64,000 nt of DNA from Nitrosopumilus sp. (GTDB taxonomy: Archaea > Thermoproteota > Nitrososphaeria > Nitrososphaerales > Nitrosopumilaceae). The DNA is taken from NCBI GenBank assembly GCA_965249555.1, contig OZ252243.1, positions 608,001 through 672,000 on the forward strand, written 5' to 3'. The notes below the pieces were generated by a model. That model saw only the letters and a list, made by a program, of their open reading frames with translations, had not been told where the DNA came from and made no database searches. The position numbers were made by a program, and so were the translations under genes. This document shows, in pieces, positions 10,533 through 20,442 of this stretch; the stretch's first letter is position 1; each line of letters opens with the position of its first letter.

Positions 10533-11264
10533 GTGAGCTATGATGATTATGATGAAAAATTTACAGATGCAAGTTTTGATGAATTAAAGAAATTTCTAGA
10601 ATGGATGAATGTAAAAAAAGGCATATACCACACAATAATTGGAGGATGGGCAGTTTATGCATACAAACAAGCACTAGGTTCAAAAGATATTGACGTTGTA
10701 ATGCCAACAGATAAAGATCTTAATGATATATTATTAACAGAATATTTTCCAGCCAGGGGATATAATGTAAAAAAAGATAAATATTTCAATCCAAAATATT
10801 ATGTAAAAGAAATAGAAGATAAAGGTAGAACAAAAGAGATCATTGTTGATGTGTTTATTGGAAGTTTTTCAAAAGAGGATGAAGAAGGATTTGGAATAAG
10901 ATTTCATTGGGGGAAAGTTTTAGAATATCAAGAATTAAAGGAAATAGAAGGGCTTTCATTTTATGTTCCCAAGCGTGAATTGTTAATATTTTTGAAGATA
11001 ATAGCATCCTTAGAACGGGCTTCTAAATACGATAAAACAGGAGATGGAAATATTCCTTCTAAAATTTGGAAGGATTACCACGACATAGCAATATTAATTT
11101 CATTAAAAGAATTAGACACAAAATTATTGAAAAACTTTCTAGAGGAATCAAATGTTCAACAATATGTGCATAGATTTCTCATAAAATATAAAACAGAATA
11201 TTCTCAAATATTAGATGATCTAGGCATGAAATATCAAGATATAGAAGAATGCTTCAATGAATAA
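10533..11264 (+). CDS. Nucleotidyltransferase, AbiEii-like toxin
   Basis: IIGGWAV..Y....GSKDIDVV and KDYHDI motifs. Confidence 0.75.
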   Translation: MSYDDYDEKFTDASFDELKKFLEWMNVKKGIYHTIIGGWAVYAYKQALGSKDIDVVMPTDKDLNDILLTEYFPARGYNVKKDKYFNPKYYVKEIEDKGRTKEIIVDVFIGSFSKEDEEGFGIRFHWGKVLEYQELKEIEGLSFYVPKRELLIFLKIIASLERASKYDKTGDGNIPSKIWKDYHDIAILISLKELDTKLLKNFLEESNVQQYVHRFLIKYKTEYSQILDDLGMKYQDIEECFNE

Positions 11265-11268
11265 AGAA

Positions 11269-12100
11269 TTACGCAGAATCAAACATAGTTTTAATTTCCT
11301 TAAACCTATCTCTTTTCCGTTTCATGATATTTTTTAAAATTCTCTTGGATTCTAAATTCCATACGTGACTTGTGAAGAAATTATGTAATGTTATAATATC
11401 TCGATCATCATCATCTTGTCGTATGTGAACAGTTTGATCAAAGAATTGATCTAATATTTCATCTGTTAACTCCAATAATTTTTCATTAACTTCAAAGTTT
11501 TCAAAATACATGTCTAAAATTTTTGTCTCTTTTTTTAATTCAATTTTTTTAGTTAAAACATGATCAATTAATGCTTGAAAATAAGTTGTAACAAAGAGCA
11601 ATCGGGCATATTTTTTCTTTCATGTTAGCCTTTTTACTACCATAATGGAATTGTTTTCACAGTAGATTTTTACCAGATATGGATATAACAACAATCTATA
11701 ATCATCTTCAATTTCACCTTCTGAAAAAATTCTAGTATATTCAGAACCTCCAGGCATGTATTTGCTTATACTTCCATATGGTTTTGCAGGATTTTGCTCA
11801 ATTGCAGCTGCCATGGCCTGAATAGCATCATTAGCAGGAATGACTTTATCTTTCCCATAAACAAGATATTTGTTTAGAGTTTCATCTCCGCGAAAGTCTT
11901 CTTTATCTTGTTTTTTCCAGCATTGGAATCCTCTTTGATTAAATTCACAAAGTTGTTTACAAGTAATGCAAAATCATTTTCAGGTAATAGTTTTCTTTTT
12001 TGTTGAGTTACACTCTAATCATAATTTGGATTAAGAGACATTTCTAGTTGTCCTGCATATTTTTTCTTTGTTGCCTTGTCTCGTATTGCAGTAGTGTAAT
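11269..12100 (-). pseudogene. Fragmented gene, possibly an AIPR-family C-terminal remnant
   Basis: Broken ORFs 11269-11601 and 11620-11814 plus upstream fragments; family resemblance is weak. Confidence 0.35.
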
Positions 12101-12202
12101 TTTCAAAGGGGCAATATCTTGCAATTCTTCTAGATTGTACATATTCTCTTGAGCCAACTCCCAGTAAGAAGTATGGAACTAGATAAATGGCTAGTTATGG
12201 CA

Positions 12203-12276
12203 TGGGCCCGAAGGGCTTCGATCCCTTGGCTCACCGGTTATGAGCCGGTTACTCTACCAAGCTGAGTTACGGGCCC
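12203..12276 (-). tRNA. tRNA with CAT anticodon, likely tRNA-Ile2
   Basis: Cloverleaf GGGCCCGTAACTCAG...CCGGCTCATAACCGG...CGGGCCCA; GGGCCC acceptor typical of archaeal Ile tRNAs. Confidence 0.9.
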
Positions 12277-12317
12277 TAAGCAGATGAATTTTTTCTTAGA
12301 TATAAAATGTTATGAGA

Positions 12318-12950
12318 TTAACAGTATTCTTCATAACAACCATCAAGCAACAAGTTTTGTGCAGAAATAGATTTGTCTGCAATTTCAAGCAAGTTGTTAG
12401 AGTCAGCTGAAGATTTTTCCAGTATATTTCTCCATGATGCAGTATGTCTAATGTCAGCTTCTGTATGGAGTTTGAAGTATTCTGTTGCTTCATCACCAGT
12501 CATTCCGTAGAATTCTGCCAATCCATCAAGTTTTGTTTGACTGATTTTAGGAATTTCTTTTTCAAAAGCATACATTGCACATGCACCGCCCTCATAGGTA
12601 TTCATTAATTCATTCAAATCAGAGACAGCCTTACGGGTTTTAGCTAATCCAGTGTATAAAGTAAGTTCATCCTCAGATACACCAAGTTCCCCTGCAAAGT
12701 CAATCCATGGTTTTACATGATCAGATTCTTCTTGTTGGTTTGCAATTAATTCACTAATTACAGAATCAGGTGCTTGCTCAATAATTGGAGTCATAAAAGA
12801 TGGAACTGCTTTTACAAGTTGAAAATATTCCTTAGAATAACCTGCCAAAGATTCCTGTGTTAACTTTCCATCAGACCACATCTGGTAAAATGGATGTTTT
12901 AGTAGACTTTGCTCCTCAATCATTTCATCAATTCTTTTTATTATATTCAT
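12318..12950 (-). CDS. TenA/PqqC/CADD-like heme-oxygenase-fold protein
   Basis: LLKHPFYQMWSDGKL, EESDH and YFKLHTEADIRH motifs. Confidence 0.85.
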   Translation of the reverse strand: MNIIKRIDEMIEEQSLLKHPFYQMWSDGKLTQESLAGYSKEYFQLVKAVPSFMTPIIEQAPDSVISELIANQQEESDHVKPWIDFAGELGVSEDELTLYTGLAKTRKAVSDLNELMNTYEGGACAMYAFEKEIPKISQTKLDGLAEFYGMTGDEATEYFKLHTEADIRHTASWRNILEKSSADSNNLLEIADKSISAQNLLLDGCYEEYC

Positions 12951-13029
12951 GTCTCATCTTTAAATCTGCCAATAAAAAATCTTTGTGGTTTACAAAAGAT
13001 TTTATGGACAAAATACTGAATTTTTGTGG

Positions 13030-13123
13030 GTTCCAGTGGTGTAGACCGGTCAAGCATTTTGCCCTTTCAAGGCAAAGATCCCGGGTTCAAAATCAAACGA
13101 TGAAAATCCCGGCTGGAGCACCA
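13030..13123 (+). tRNA. tRNA-Glu(TTC) with a 15-nt intron in the T-loop (13092-13106) and encoded CCA
   Basis: Cloverleaf; bulge-helix-bulge TTCA-aaa...TGAA-aat; splicing restores TTCAAAT. Confidence 0.9.
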
Positions 13124-13137
13124 AGATTTAATTACTA

Positions 13138-14016
13138 TTGAAAAAGTTTTTTGATCAGACCATTTTGGATAAAAAAAATATCGAGATTAATCCCCTACTT
13201 GAGACATATGGTAAATATGTTGAAAAAATAGATCAGGCTTTGAAGAAAGAACTAGATCTTTATTCTGAATCAGAATTCATTGAACCGCTAAAATATTCCT
13301 TAGATGGGGGAAAGCGAATCAGGCCCATTATTCTGACTCTGGCTGCTGAAAGCGTGGGTGAAATTGATGAGAATATATTTTCAGCATCATGCGCTGTTGA
13401 ATTTTTACATATGGAATCAATCATTCATGATGACATTATCGATAATGAAACCATGAGAAGGCAAAAGGATCCATTCCATATCAAATATGGATACAACACA
13501 AGCGTCCTTACTGGGGACTTTGTTTTAGGATTAATTCTTGCAATATCTTCTAGATTAAACAATCCTAGAATTACAAAAGATTTGGCTACCACTGCCATGT
13601 TGATGAGTGAAGGAGAAATGATTGAAAGCAGATTAGAAACCAGTGAAGACGTTACATTTGCAGATTACCTCAAAGTAATTGAATACAAAACAGCGACTGC
13701 ATTTGAAGTTGCAGCCAGAATAGGTGCAATTATTGCAAATGGAACAGAAGAGCAAATTGAGGCACTGACTGGATATGGAAAAAATATTGGAATTGCATAT
13801 CAGATTAGAGATGATTTGTTAGATTGGAAAAATGAAGACAAATTGTTTAATCTGTTAATCAAGAAAAGTTTAGACCCAAGAGATGTTTTTGATAAAATGG
13901 AAGATATGTTAAAAGAATATTCTGAAAAAGCAAGATCTCATTTAAGAAAGCTTCCAGATAATGATGCGAAGATAAATCTAGATAATTTAATCAAGTTTAC
14001 TTCGTTTAAGGCGTAA
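13138..14016 (+). CDS. Polyprenyl (geranylgeranyl) diphosphate synthase
   Basis: GGKRIRP, IHDDIID and YQIRDDLLD motifs. Confidence 0.93.
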   Translation: MKKFFDQTILDKKNIEINPLLETYGKYVEKIDQALKKELDLYSESEFIEPLKYSLDGGKRIRPIILTLAAESVGEIDENIFSASCAVEFLHMESIIHDDIIDNETMRRQKDPFHIKYGYNTSVLTGDFVLGLILAISSRLNNPRITKDLATTAMLMSEGEMIESRLETSEDVTFADYLKVIEYKTATAFEVAARIGAIIANGTEEQIEALTGYGKNIGIAYQIRDDLLDWKNEDKLFNLLIKKSLDPRDVFDKMEDMLKEYSEKARSHLRKLPDNDAKINLDNLIKFTSFKA

Positions 14017-15490
14017 AGTCTGAACTGATTACTGGAGTTGCAAACTCTACAAATTGCATAAGGGGTTCTGGGAATACACCAAATCCTATCAAGAAGATCA
14101 TTGAGAAGATCATTACAGCAATAATTGGTTTTGATTCTTTAACCCTCTTCTCTTTTTCTCCTTCAAAGTACATCTTTCTGGTAATCCAACCATAGTAAGC
14201 AAGTGATAATGCACTGTTAAGTACACCAGCTATTGCAAGCCATGGTGCCCACCACAATGTAGAGCCAGCATCTAGTGCACTGCCAAACAACATCAACTTA
14301 CTCCAAAATCCTGAAAGTGGGGGAACACCAGCCAGGGCGAATAGCGAGATAACCAAAGCCAGAGCAGTGATTGGCATTCTTCTTCCAAGTCCCTGTAGCT
14401 TATCGAGATGAGTTACTGCAAGAGTTGTTACAATCCCTGCAATTGCAATAAAGGCCATACCTTTCATTACGGCATGATTTAGAATATGATACAGCGAACC
14501 TTGTAAACCAAGGGAACTATGTGGTGCAACTGCCAGTCCAATCAAAATGTATCCGGCGTGTGCAATACTGGAATATGCCAACATTCTAGTGAGATTCTTT
14601 TGCATGATTGCAGCAATATTACCAATAGTCATCGTCATTACTGCAAGAACACCAAGAGCTAATGTCCAATCAAGATTTAGGACAACCATGCCAAGAACGA
14701 TAATTCTAATTGCTGCAGCAAATCCTACTTTCTTTGTTCCTGCTGCAAGAAGGGCGGCAATTGGTGGTGGCGCTCCCTCATATGTGTCAGGAAGCCATTG
14801 ATGGAAAGGTACGAGTCCCATCTTGAATCCGAATCCTGCAATAAACATTCCAACTGAAAGTAAAGCAAGTGGCAACAGGGACGGATCAAGTGTAGAATAG
14901 CCTTGAATTACCTCCCCAATGTTTGTAGAACCAGTTAATCCATATGAGATTGAAATTCCGTAAACTATGATTGCAGATGATAATGCACCAAACAAGAAAT
15001 ACTTTAGAGCAGCTTCATTTGAGCTTGGATTCTTTTTAATAAATCCAACCAAAATGTATGTTGGAAGACTCATGAGCTCCCATGCAACAAACAACATTAC
15101 CAAGTCAGTAGAATATGCTACTAACACCATACCAATTGTTGCAAGTAGAATTAGAGAATAGTATACAGCAGGAGAGTTGTGTTTTCTCATATAATTAAAA
15201 GAGCCAACAGTAGTGAACAAAGCAACAATTAGCATTGCAATTGCAAATAATCCACCAAAGGCATCATCTACAAGTACATCTTCTGAGAAAAGAGCAGCTG
15301 GTGCTACATTATCATTAATGAACTGGTATCCAACGTAACCAATAGATACAATTAATGCCGCAAATGCAATTACAGCATAAAATGAGTTAGAGCCTTGCTC
15401 TTTTCTTGCAATGCTAATAATTGGAATAAGGATTCCAACGGTTCCAAGGATTGCCATTATTACCAGTGGGGTGGAAGTAATCTCTAACAT
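14006..15490 (-). CDS. nuoN: NADH-quinone oxidoreductase subunit N
   Basis: EAALKYF, FKMGLVPFHQWLPD and RMLAYSSIAH motifs. Confidence 0.95.
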   Translation of the reverse strand: MLEITSTPLVIMAILGTVGILIPIISIARKEQGSNSFYAVIAFAALIVSIGYVGYQFINDNVAPAALFSEDVLVDDAFGGLFAIAMLIVALFTTVGSFNYMRKHNSPAVYYSLILLATIGMVLVAYSTDLVMLFVAWELMSLPTYILVGFIKKNPSSNEAALKYFLFGALSSAIIVYGISISYGLTGSTNIGEVIQGYSTLDPSLLPLALLSVGMFIAGFGFKMGLVPFHQWLPDTYEGAPPPIAALLAAGTKKVGFAAAIRIIVLGMVVLNLDWTLALGVLAVMTMTIGNIAAIMQKNLTRMLAYSSIAHAGYILIGLAVAPHSSLGLQGSLYHILNHAVMKGMAFIAIAGIVTTLAVTHLDKLQGLGRRMPITALALVISLFALAGVPPLSGFWSKLMLFGSALDAGSTLWWAPWLAIAGVLNSALSLAYYGWITRKMYFEGEKEKRVKESKPIIAVMIFSMIFLIGFGVFPEPLMQFVEFATPVISSDFTP

Positions 15491-15500
15491 CTCATATCAC

Positions 15501-17597
15501 CTATATCAACAATATCAGAACTACGAATAGTAATCCTGCTCCAAATACAAATAGATAAGATTGTGAGACACCAGTTTGTGATCCTTGTACAACTTTAGCA
15601 CTCCATCCAACTGCTTTCTGGAATCCATCGTTCATACCATAATCTATTGCCGTTCTTTCAAAGTATCTGAATACACCTCTTGCCAACCACAATGGTGTTG
15701 TAACAAAGCACCAGTATATGACTGCATTAAGATACCATCGATTTAAGAGAAGTTTGTGAATTCCATAAAAGAACAGATTAGAGTTTACAAATTTTACAGG
15801 ATCAACCCATCTGCCAATATAGAAGATGTAACCCAATCCAGCGCCTATTGCAAATGCTGCCAATGATGAACCAACTGCAACAGGATTAAGTCCTTGCAAG
15901 AATTCCGGTAGAATTGATGATTCTACTGCATAATGCTCAGTGTGAATGCCAAAGGAATTTTCAAGATAGTCTACAAACGTATGATGAAGCCCATCTTCGA
16001 ATGATAATCCAACAAGACCGATTCCAATGGTAAGAACTGCAAGAATTCCATATGGAATCCACATGGATAATGGCGCTTCATGTATATGATGTCCATCTTC
16101 TTCCATCTTTTCGATGTGTCTGCTCTTCTTTCCAAAGAAGACCAGTCCCATCATTCTCATAGTATAGAAAGCAGTAATGACTGCAGTTAATACAGCAATT
16201 GCATACAACGGCATTGCCCATTCATTTCCAGACTCGTAGACTGCTGCAAATATTGCATCCTTGCTCCAGAAACCTGTTGTGATAAATGGAGCACCCATCA
16301 ATCCAAGACCAGCTGCCCACATGAATGCATAAGTTTTCTTCATCTGTTTTCTTAGACCGCCCATATCTGTCATAAATCTAGAACCAACAACATGTAACAG
16401 AGAGCCTGCTGCCATGAATAACGAAGCTTTGAACATTGCATGAGAAATTAAATGAAAGAATCCTGCGGTGTAACCATCAACATACTGATAAGACAGTCCT
16501 GCAACACCTAATGCCATCATCATATAACCAATTTGAGAGCCAGTAGAATAAGCAAGAACCTTCTTAATTTCAGGATTGACCATTGCTTGTGTTGCAAGTA
16601 ATAGTGCTGTAATTGCGCCAACCCAGGCAACAATCTCAAAGAATTGATCTGCAAGAATTCCTGCGGCTCCCAATGCAAATACAAGTGGGCCAATTCTTGC
16701 AACTAAGAACACGCCTGCCTTTACCATAGTGGCTGCGTGAATCAATGCAGATACGGCAGTAGGACCAGTCATTGCTTCTAGCAACCACTCGTTTAGTGGG
16801 AATTGTGCTGATTTCCCTACAGCTCCTCCAAAGATTAAGACAAATGCTGGAACCAAAAGCCCTTGAGAGGCCATTGTAACTGCCCATTCAGTATCCCCGA
16901 TTAATTCTTTGAATCCAAAAGTACCTGCATACAAAAATATCAAAAGCATACCTGCAATCATCATTACATCTCCAACTTTGGTCATGATGAATGCCTTCAT
17001 ACCGGCATGAGTTGGAGAATAGTAATCCAACATACCAAGGACAGTACGCCCTTCAGTACCAACATGATCTTTCTTCTTGTCACGATACCAAAAGCTGATC
17101 AATGCATATGACGCAAGCCCTACACCTTCCCATCCAAAGAATACTTGAAGCAAGTTATCAGACATGACAATTAACTGCATTGAACCAATGAAGAACATCA
17201 TCCAGAACCAGAATCTTGTAATGTCTTTATCGCCTTTCATGTATCCTGTACTGTAAATCAAAATGAGAAACGAAATCCAGCCAACAACGTTTGACATTAT
17301 TATGGAAAGTGGATCTGCCAAGACGCCGGCTTTGAGACCAAGTGACTCTATCCATGGAATTTGATTATGTATTTCTCCTGCCTCTAAAGCAATTGGAATC
17401 ATTGATAATGCAGATAATGCACTCATCAAAGCAAATCCAACTGCAACATAACCAGTTGCATGTTTTGAAAAGTTGCCAGTTACATTTTTTGATAATTTAG
17501 CAATTCCAGGAATTATCAGAGCTGCTGCAAATGGAAGAATCCAAACTAACCAAGCACTTGTTGCTCCGGTTTCAAATCCCATTAATTCAGCTGCCAT
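15501..17597 (-). CDS. nuoL: NADH-quinone oxidoreductase subunit L
   Basis: GKSAQFPL..WL.EAM.GPT.VSALIHAATMV motif. Confidence 0.95.
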   Translation of the reverse strand: MAAELMGFETGATSAWLVWILPFAAALIIPGIAKLSKNVTGNFSKHATGYVAVGFALMSALSALSMIPIALEAGEIHNQIPWIESLGLKAGVLADPLSIIMSNVVGWISFLILIYSTGYMKGDKDITRFWFWMMFFIGSMQLIVMSDNLLQVFFGWEGVGLASYALISFWYRDKKKDHVGTEGRTVLGMLDYYSPTHAGMKAFIMTKVGDVMMIAGMLLIFLYAGTFGFKELIGDTEWAVTMASQGLLVPAFVLIFGGAVGKSAQFPLNEWLLEAMTGPTAVSALIHAATMVKAGVFLVARIGPLVFALGAAGILADQFFEIVAWVGAITALLLATQAMVNPEIKKVLAYSTGSQIGYMMMALGVAGLSYQYVDGYTAGFFHLISHAMFKASLFMAAGSLLHVVGSRFMTDMGGLRKQMKKTYAFMWAAGLGLMGAPFITTGFWSKDAIFAAVYESGNEWAMPLYAIAVLTAVITAFYTMRMMGLVFFGKKSRHIEKMEEDGHHIHEAPLSMWIPYGILAVLTIGIGLVGLSFEDGLHHTFVDYLENSFGIHTEHYAVESSILPEFLQGLNPVAVGSSLAAFAIGAGLGYIFYIGRWVDPVKFVNSNLFFYGIHKLLLNRWYLNAVIYWCFVTTPLWLARGVFRYFERTAIDYGMNDGFQKAVGWSAKVVQGSQTGVSQSYLFVFGAGLLFVVLILLI

Positions 17598-17600
17598 AAT

Positions 17601-19154
17601 CTAAACCCCCAAAACCCCACTCATGTACGGAAGTATTGTTTTGTAGAAAATATCCGGATAAATTCCCAGAACAATGGAAAATCCTGCCAAGACCATCATT
17701 GGTGCAGTCATGTACCAGCTTCCTTCTTTCACATTTTCAAGATGTTCGGGAGTTTTTCCAAAGAATACGCGTTTTAGCATCCAGAGAAGATAAGACATTG
17801 TAAGAACAGTTGCAACAAGACCCAAGCCGAATCCTACTGCCCTAAGTGTAGAACCCTCTTCAAGTGCAGTCTCTAATGCACCAGCAAAGAGAATCCACTC
17901 TCCCATGAAACCGCTGGTTGGCGGTACACCCATTATAGTCAAGGCACCAATCACTGCACATACTGCCGTAATTGGCATCTTTCCTGCCAATCCTCCAAGT
18001 TTAGAGATACTTCGGGTTCCGACTTTGACGATAATGATTCCAGCCATCATGAAGAGAATGCCTTTTCCAATAGCGTGTGTCACATACATCATCTCTGCAC
18101 CAGTAAGACCAAGTACGGAAATTGTACCAATACCAAACAAGAGATAGCCCATTTGGCTGATACTAGAGTAAGCAAGAAGACGTTTCAGGTCATCTTGCAT
18201 CAGTGCCATTGCACCACCATAAATCATTGTTACAAGACCCCAAATGTAGAACCATATTGATAGGTCTGCAAATGTTGCAGGTAAGAATTCAACAATTAAT
18301 CTGAAAAGACCATAAGCGCCAATTCCGATCATGGCTGGAGACAGTAATGCACTAATTGGTGTTGGTGCAGCTCCGTGGACATATGGAAGCCAGATGTGGA
18401 ACATAAAGACTGCTAGCTTAACACCAAGACCTAACGCAATTGCAACTGCAGAAAACATTGCAATGTCTTGAGGAATTTCTGATTCATTAATATCTGCAAA
18501 GTCAAAACTTCCAACAGTGAGACCAATCATCAAAAATCCCAATAGCAAAACAACTGCACCTGCATGAGTCCAAAACAAGAACATCAAACCAATCTTTCTT
18601 CTTTGACCAGCACCCCAGAGTGCAACCAGGAAGAAGCCAGGAATCAACATGATCTCAAAGAATACAAAGAATTCAATCAGGTTTGTTGCAAGAACGGTTC
18701 CAAGCATTCCCATCGCAAAGAGAAGATAAAGTGCAAAGTACAATCCTGATTTGGCATTTACGTAATTTGTAAGAGCAGTTGATTCAACTACTGCAGTTTG
18801 TTCGCCCCCAGATGAATGGATGTTATTTTCTTCTTCGAATTGATGATGGAATATGTGAAGCATGTATGGCTTTGAGTAAAGTGCCAGGATTGTAGATAGA
18901 ACATAAATCATTATTGCAAATGGTGATGCTAAACCATCCAGCAAGAAACCAAACTCACCAAACTGGGTTGTCCACGGATAATGCTCCTCTACAGTTCCAG
19001 AAAGTGCGGCATTGATGATTAGAATTGTTGCATAAAGCAGGACTGCAAATGTAAACCACATTGCAGGTGTAGGACCAAACTTTCTTCCAATAATGTATGC
19101 GACAGGAGCTAACAGTAGAGGCAGTATAACTGCCTGCAATAATGCATATTCCAT
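17601..19154 (-). CDS. nuoM: NADH-quinone oxidoreductase subunit M
   Basis: FHIWLPYVHGAAP and DLKRLLAYSSISQMG motifs. Confidence 0.95.
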   Translation of the reverse strand: MEYALLQAVILPLLLAPVAYIIGRKFGPTPAMWFTFAVLLYATILIINAALSGTVEEHYPWTTQFGEFGFLLDGLASPFAIMIYVLSTILALYSKPYMLHIFHHQFEEENNIHSSGGEQTAVVESTALTNYVNAKSGLYFALYLLFAMGMLGTVLATNLIEFFVFFEIMLIPGFFLVALWGAGQRRKIGLMFLFWTHAGAVVLLLGFLMIGLTVGSFDFADINESEIPQDIAMFSAVAIALGLGVKLAVFMFHIWLPYVHGAAPTPISALLSPAMIGIGAYGLFRLIVEFLPATFADLSIWFYIWGLVTMIYGGAMALMQDDLKRLLAYSSISQMGYLLFGIGTISVLGLTGAEMMYVTHAIGKGILFMMAGIIIVKVGTRSISKLGGLAGKMPITAVCAVIGALTIMGVPPTSGFMGEWILFAGALETALEEGSTLRAVGFGLGLVATVLTMSYLLWMLKRVFFGKTPEHLENVKEGSWYMTAPMMVLAGFSIVLGIYPDIFYKTILPYMSGVLGV

Positions 19155-19459
19155 TATCCCTTCAGGCTCCTAAAGTCTGCAATATCGACATTTTGATACA
19201 TTCGATAAGCTACGATAATCAATGAAAGTCCGATTGCCACTTCTGCTGCTGCAATTGCAATTGAGAATAAGGCCAAAGTCTGACCGCCACTGTCAGGTAT
19301 GAATCTACCAAATGCGACAAGGTTAAGATTTGCAGCATTGATAATTATTTCAATTGCAAATAACATTCGAATAAAGTTACGTTTTACTGCAAGACCGTAA
19401 ATTCCTATGCCCAAAAGAGCAACAGAGACTAGTGTAAAATCAATTAGTTCGTTGGCCAT
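19154..19459 (-). CDS. nuoK: NADH-quinone oxidoreductase subunit K
   Basis: IAAAEVAIGL motif; operon position. Confidence 0.93.
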   Translation of the reverse strand: MANELIDFTLVSVALLGIGIYGLAVKRNFIRMLFAIEIIINAANLNLVAFGRFIPDSGGQTLALFSIAIAAAEVAIGLSLIIVAYRMYQNVDIADFRSLKG

Positions 19460-19952
19460 CTTCCACATCCACACGTCTAGCTAAAACTAGTGCACCAGTT
19501 ACAGTACCTGCCAAAATTAAACCCATCAAAATTAACGCAGGCCAGTAATAAATTACAAAGTCGGCGCCAATATCTCTAAAATCAACTGGGGGTTCATCAG
19601 TAGTTATTGTTTTGATTCCAGAATCTACAAATACTGCACCTAGTGACACCATTACGATAAGCATCAAACCAATTCCTGCAAACTTTCTTCTCTTGTCTTC
19701 AATTTTTTTGAAGATTAACTCTCTTTTTACTAACATGACAGTAAATAAAATTAAAACAGCAATAGAGCCAACATAGACTGCTATTTGGAATAACGCGACA
19801 AATGGTGCATCTAGCAATAAAAAGAATCCAGCAATTCCACCAAGAGTTCCCATCAAGGCAATTGAGCCGTAAATTAATGATCTCATTTCAAGTGCAGCAA
19901 TTGCAGAACCGATTGTAATTACAGTTAGTGCAAGAAATGCAACATCAGCCAT
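19440..19952 (-). CDS. nuoJ: NADH-quinone oxidoreductase subunit J
   Basis: QIAVYVGSIAVLILF motif. Confidence 0.93.
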   Translation of the reverse strand: MADVAFLALTVITIGSAIAALEMRSLIYGSIALMGTLGGIAGFFLLLDAPFVALFQIAVYVGSIAVLILFTVMLVKRELIFKKIEDKRRKFAGIGLMLIVMVSLGAVFVDSGIKTITTDEPPVDFRDIGADFVIYYWPALILMGLILAGTVTGALVLARRVDVEDGQRTN

Positions 19953-20442
19953 GTGATGCGCCTCTATCAGTAATTATGATTTCACTATCTTGTGCAACAA
20001 ATGGCTTTACCTGAAGCTGGGCAGGAGTATAGATTAAACCCTCTTTGGAAAACGAAGATAGTTCATAGTCATTAGTCATGTATAGCGCATAAAATGGGCA
20101 TGCATCAACACAGAGACCACAGAAAACACATTTGCCATAATCAATCTGAGGCATGATTGCTTTTTTGTTGTGTTTATGCTCTTCTGGAACCTTTACCATT
20201 GCAATTGCTTCGGCAACCCCTTCACATGCAATGGAGCACAACTGACAGCCAGTACAGTGATCATGAAATAACAGATGGCGCCCCTTTAGTCCTGCAATTC
20301 CTACACCAGTTGATGGATCAAATTGATATCCATCTCCTACAAACTTTAGTTTCTCTTCAGGGTAGCGAAGTGTAAATCGCTTTACTGCAAGATGCTTAAC
20401 TCCCGAGTTTAATGCGCGGATAATACCTGTAGCAGTTCCCAT
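19945..20442 (-). CDS. nuoI: NADH-quinone oxidoreductase subunit I
   Basis: Two 4Fe-4S motifs (CTGCQLC, CVFCGLCVDACP). Confidence 0.95.
   Translation of the reverse strand: MGTATGIIRALNSGVKHLAVKRFTLRYPEEKLKFVGDGYQFDPSTGVGIAGLKGRHLLFHDHCTGCQLCSIACEGVAEAIAMVKVPEEHKHNKKAIMPQIDYGKCVFCGLCVDACPFYALYMTNDYELSSFSKEGLIYTPAQLQVKPFVAQDSEIIITDRGASHG

Larger units (their letters stand above)
7599..12218. mobile_element. Islet integrated at the tRNA-Ile2 3' end (no integrase retained)
   Basis: 17-bp direct repeat ATGGGCCCGAAGGGCTT at 7599-7615 and 12202-12218 (tRNA 3' end); accessory cargo. Confidence 0.85.
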
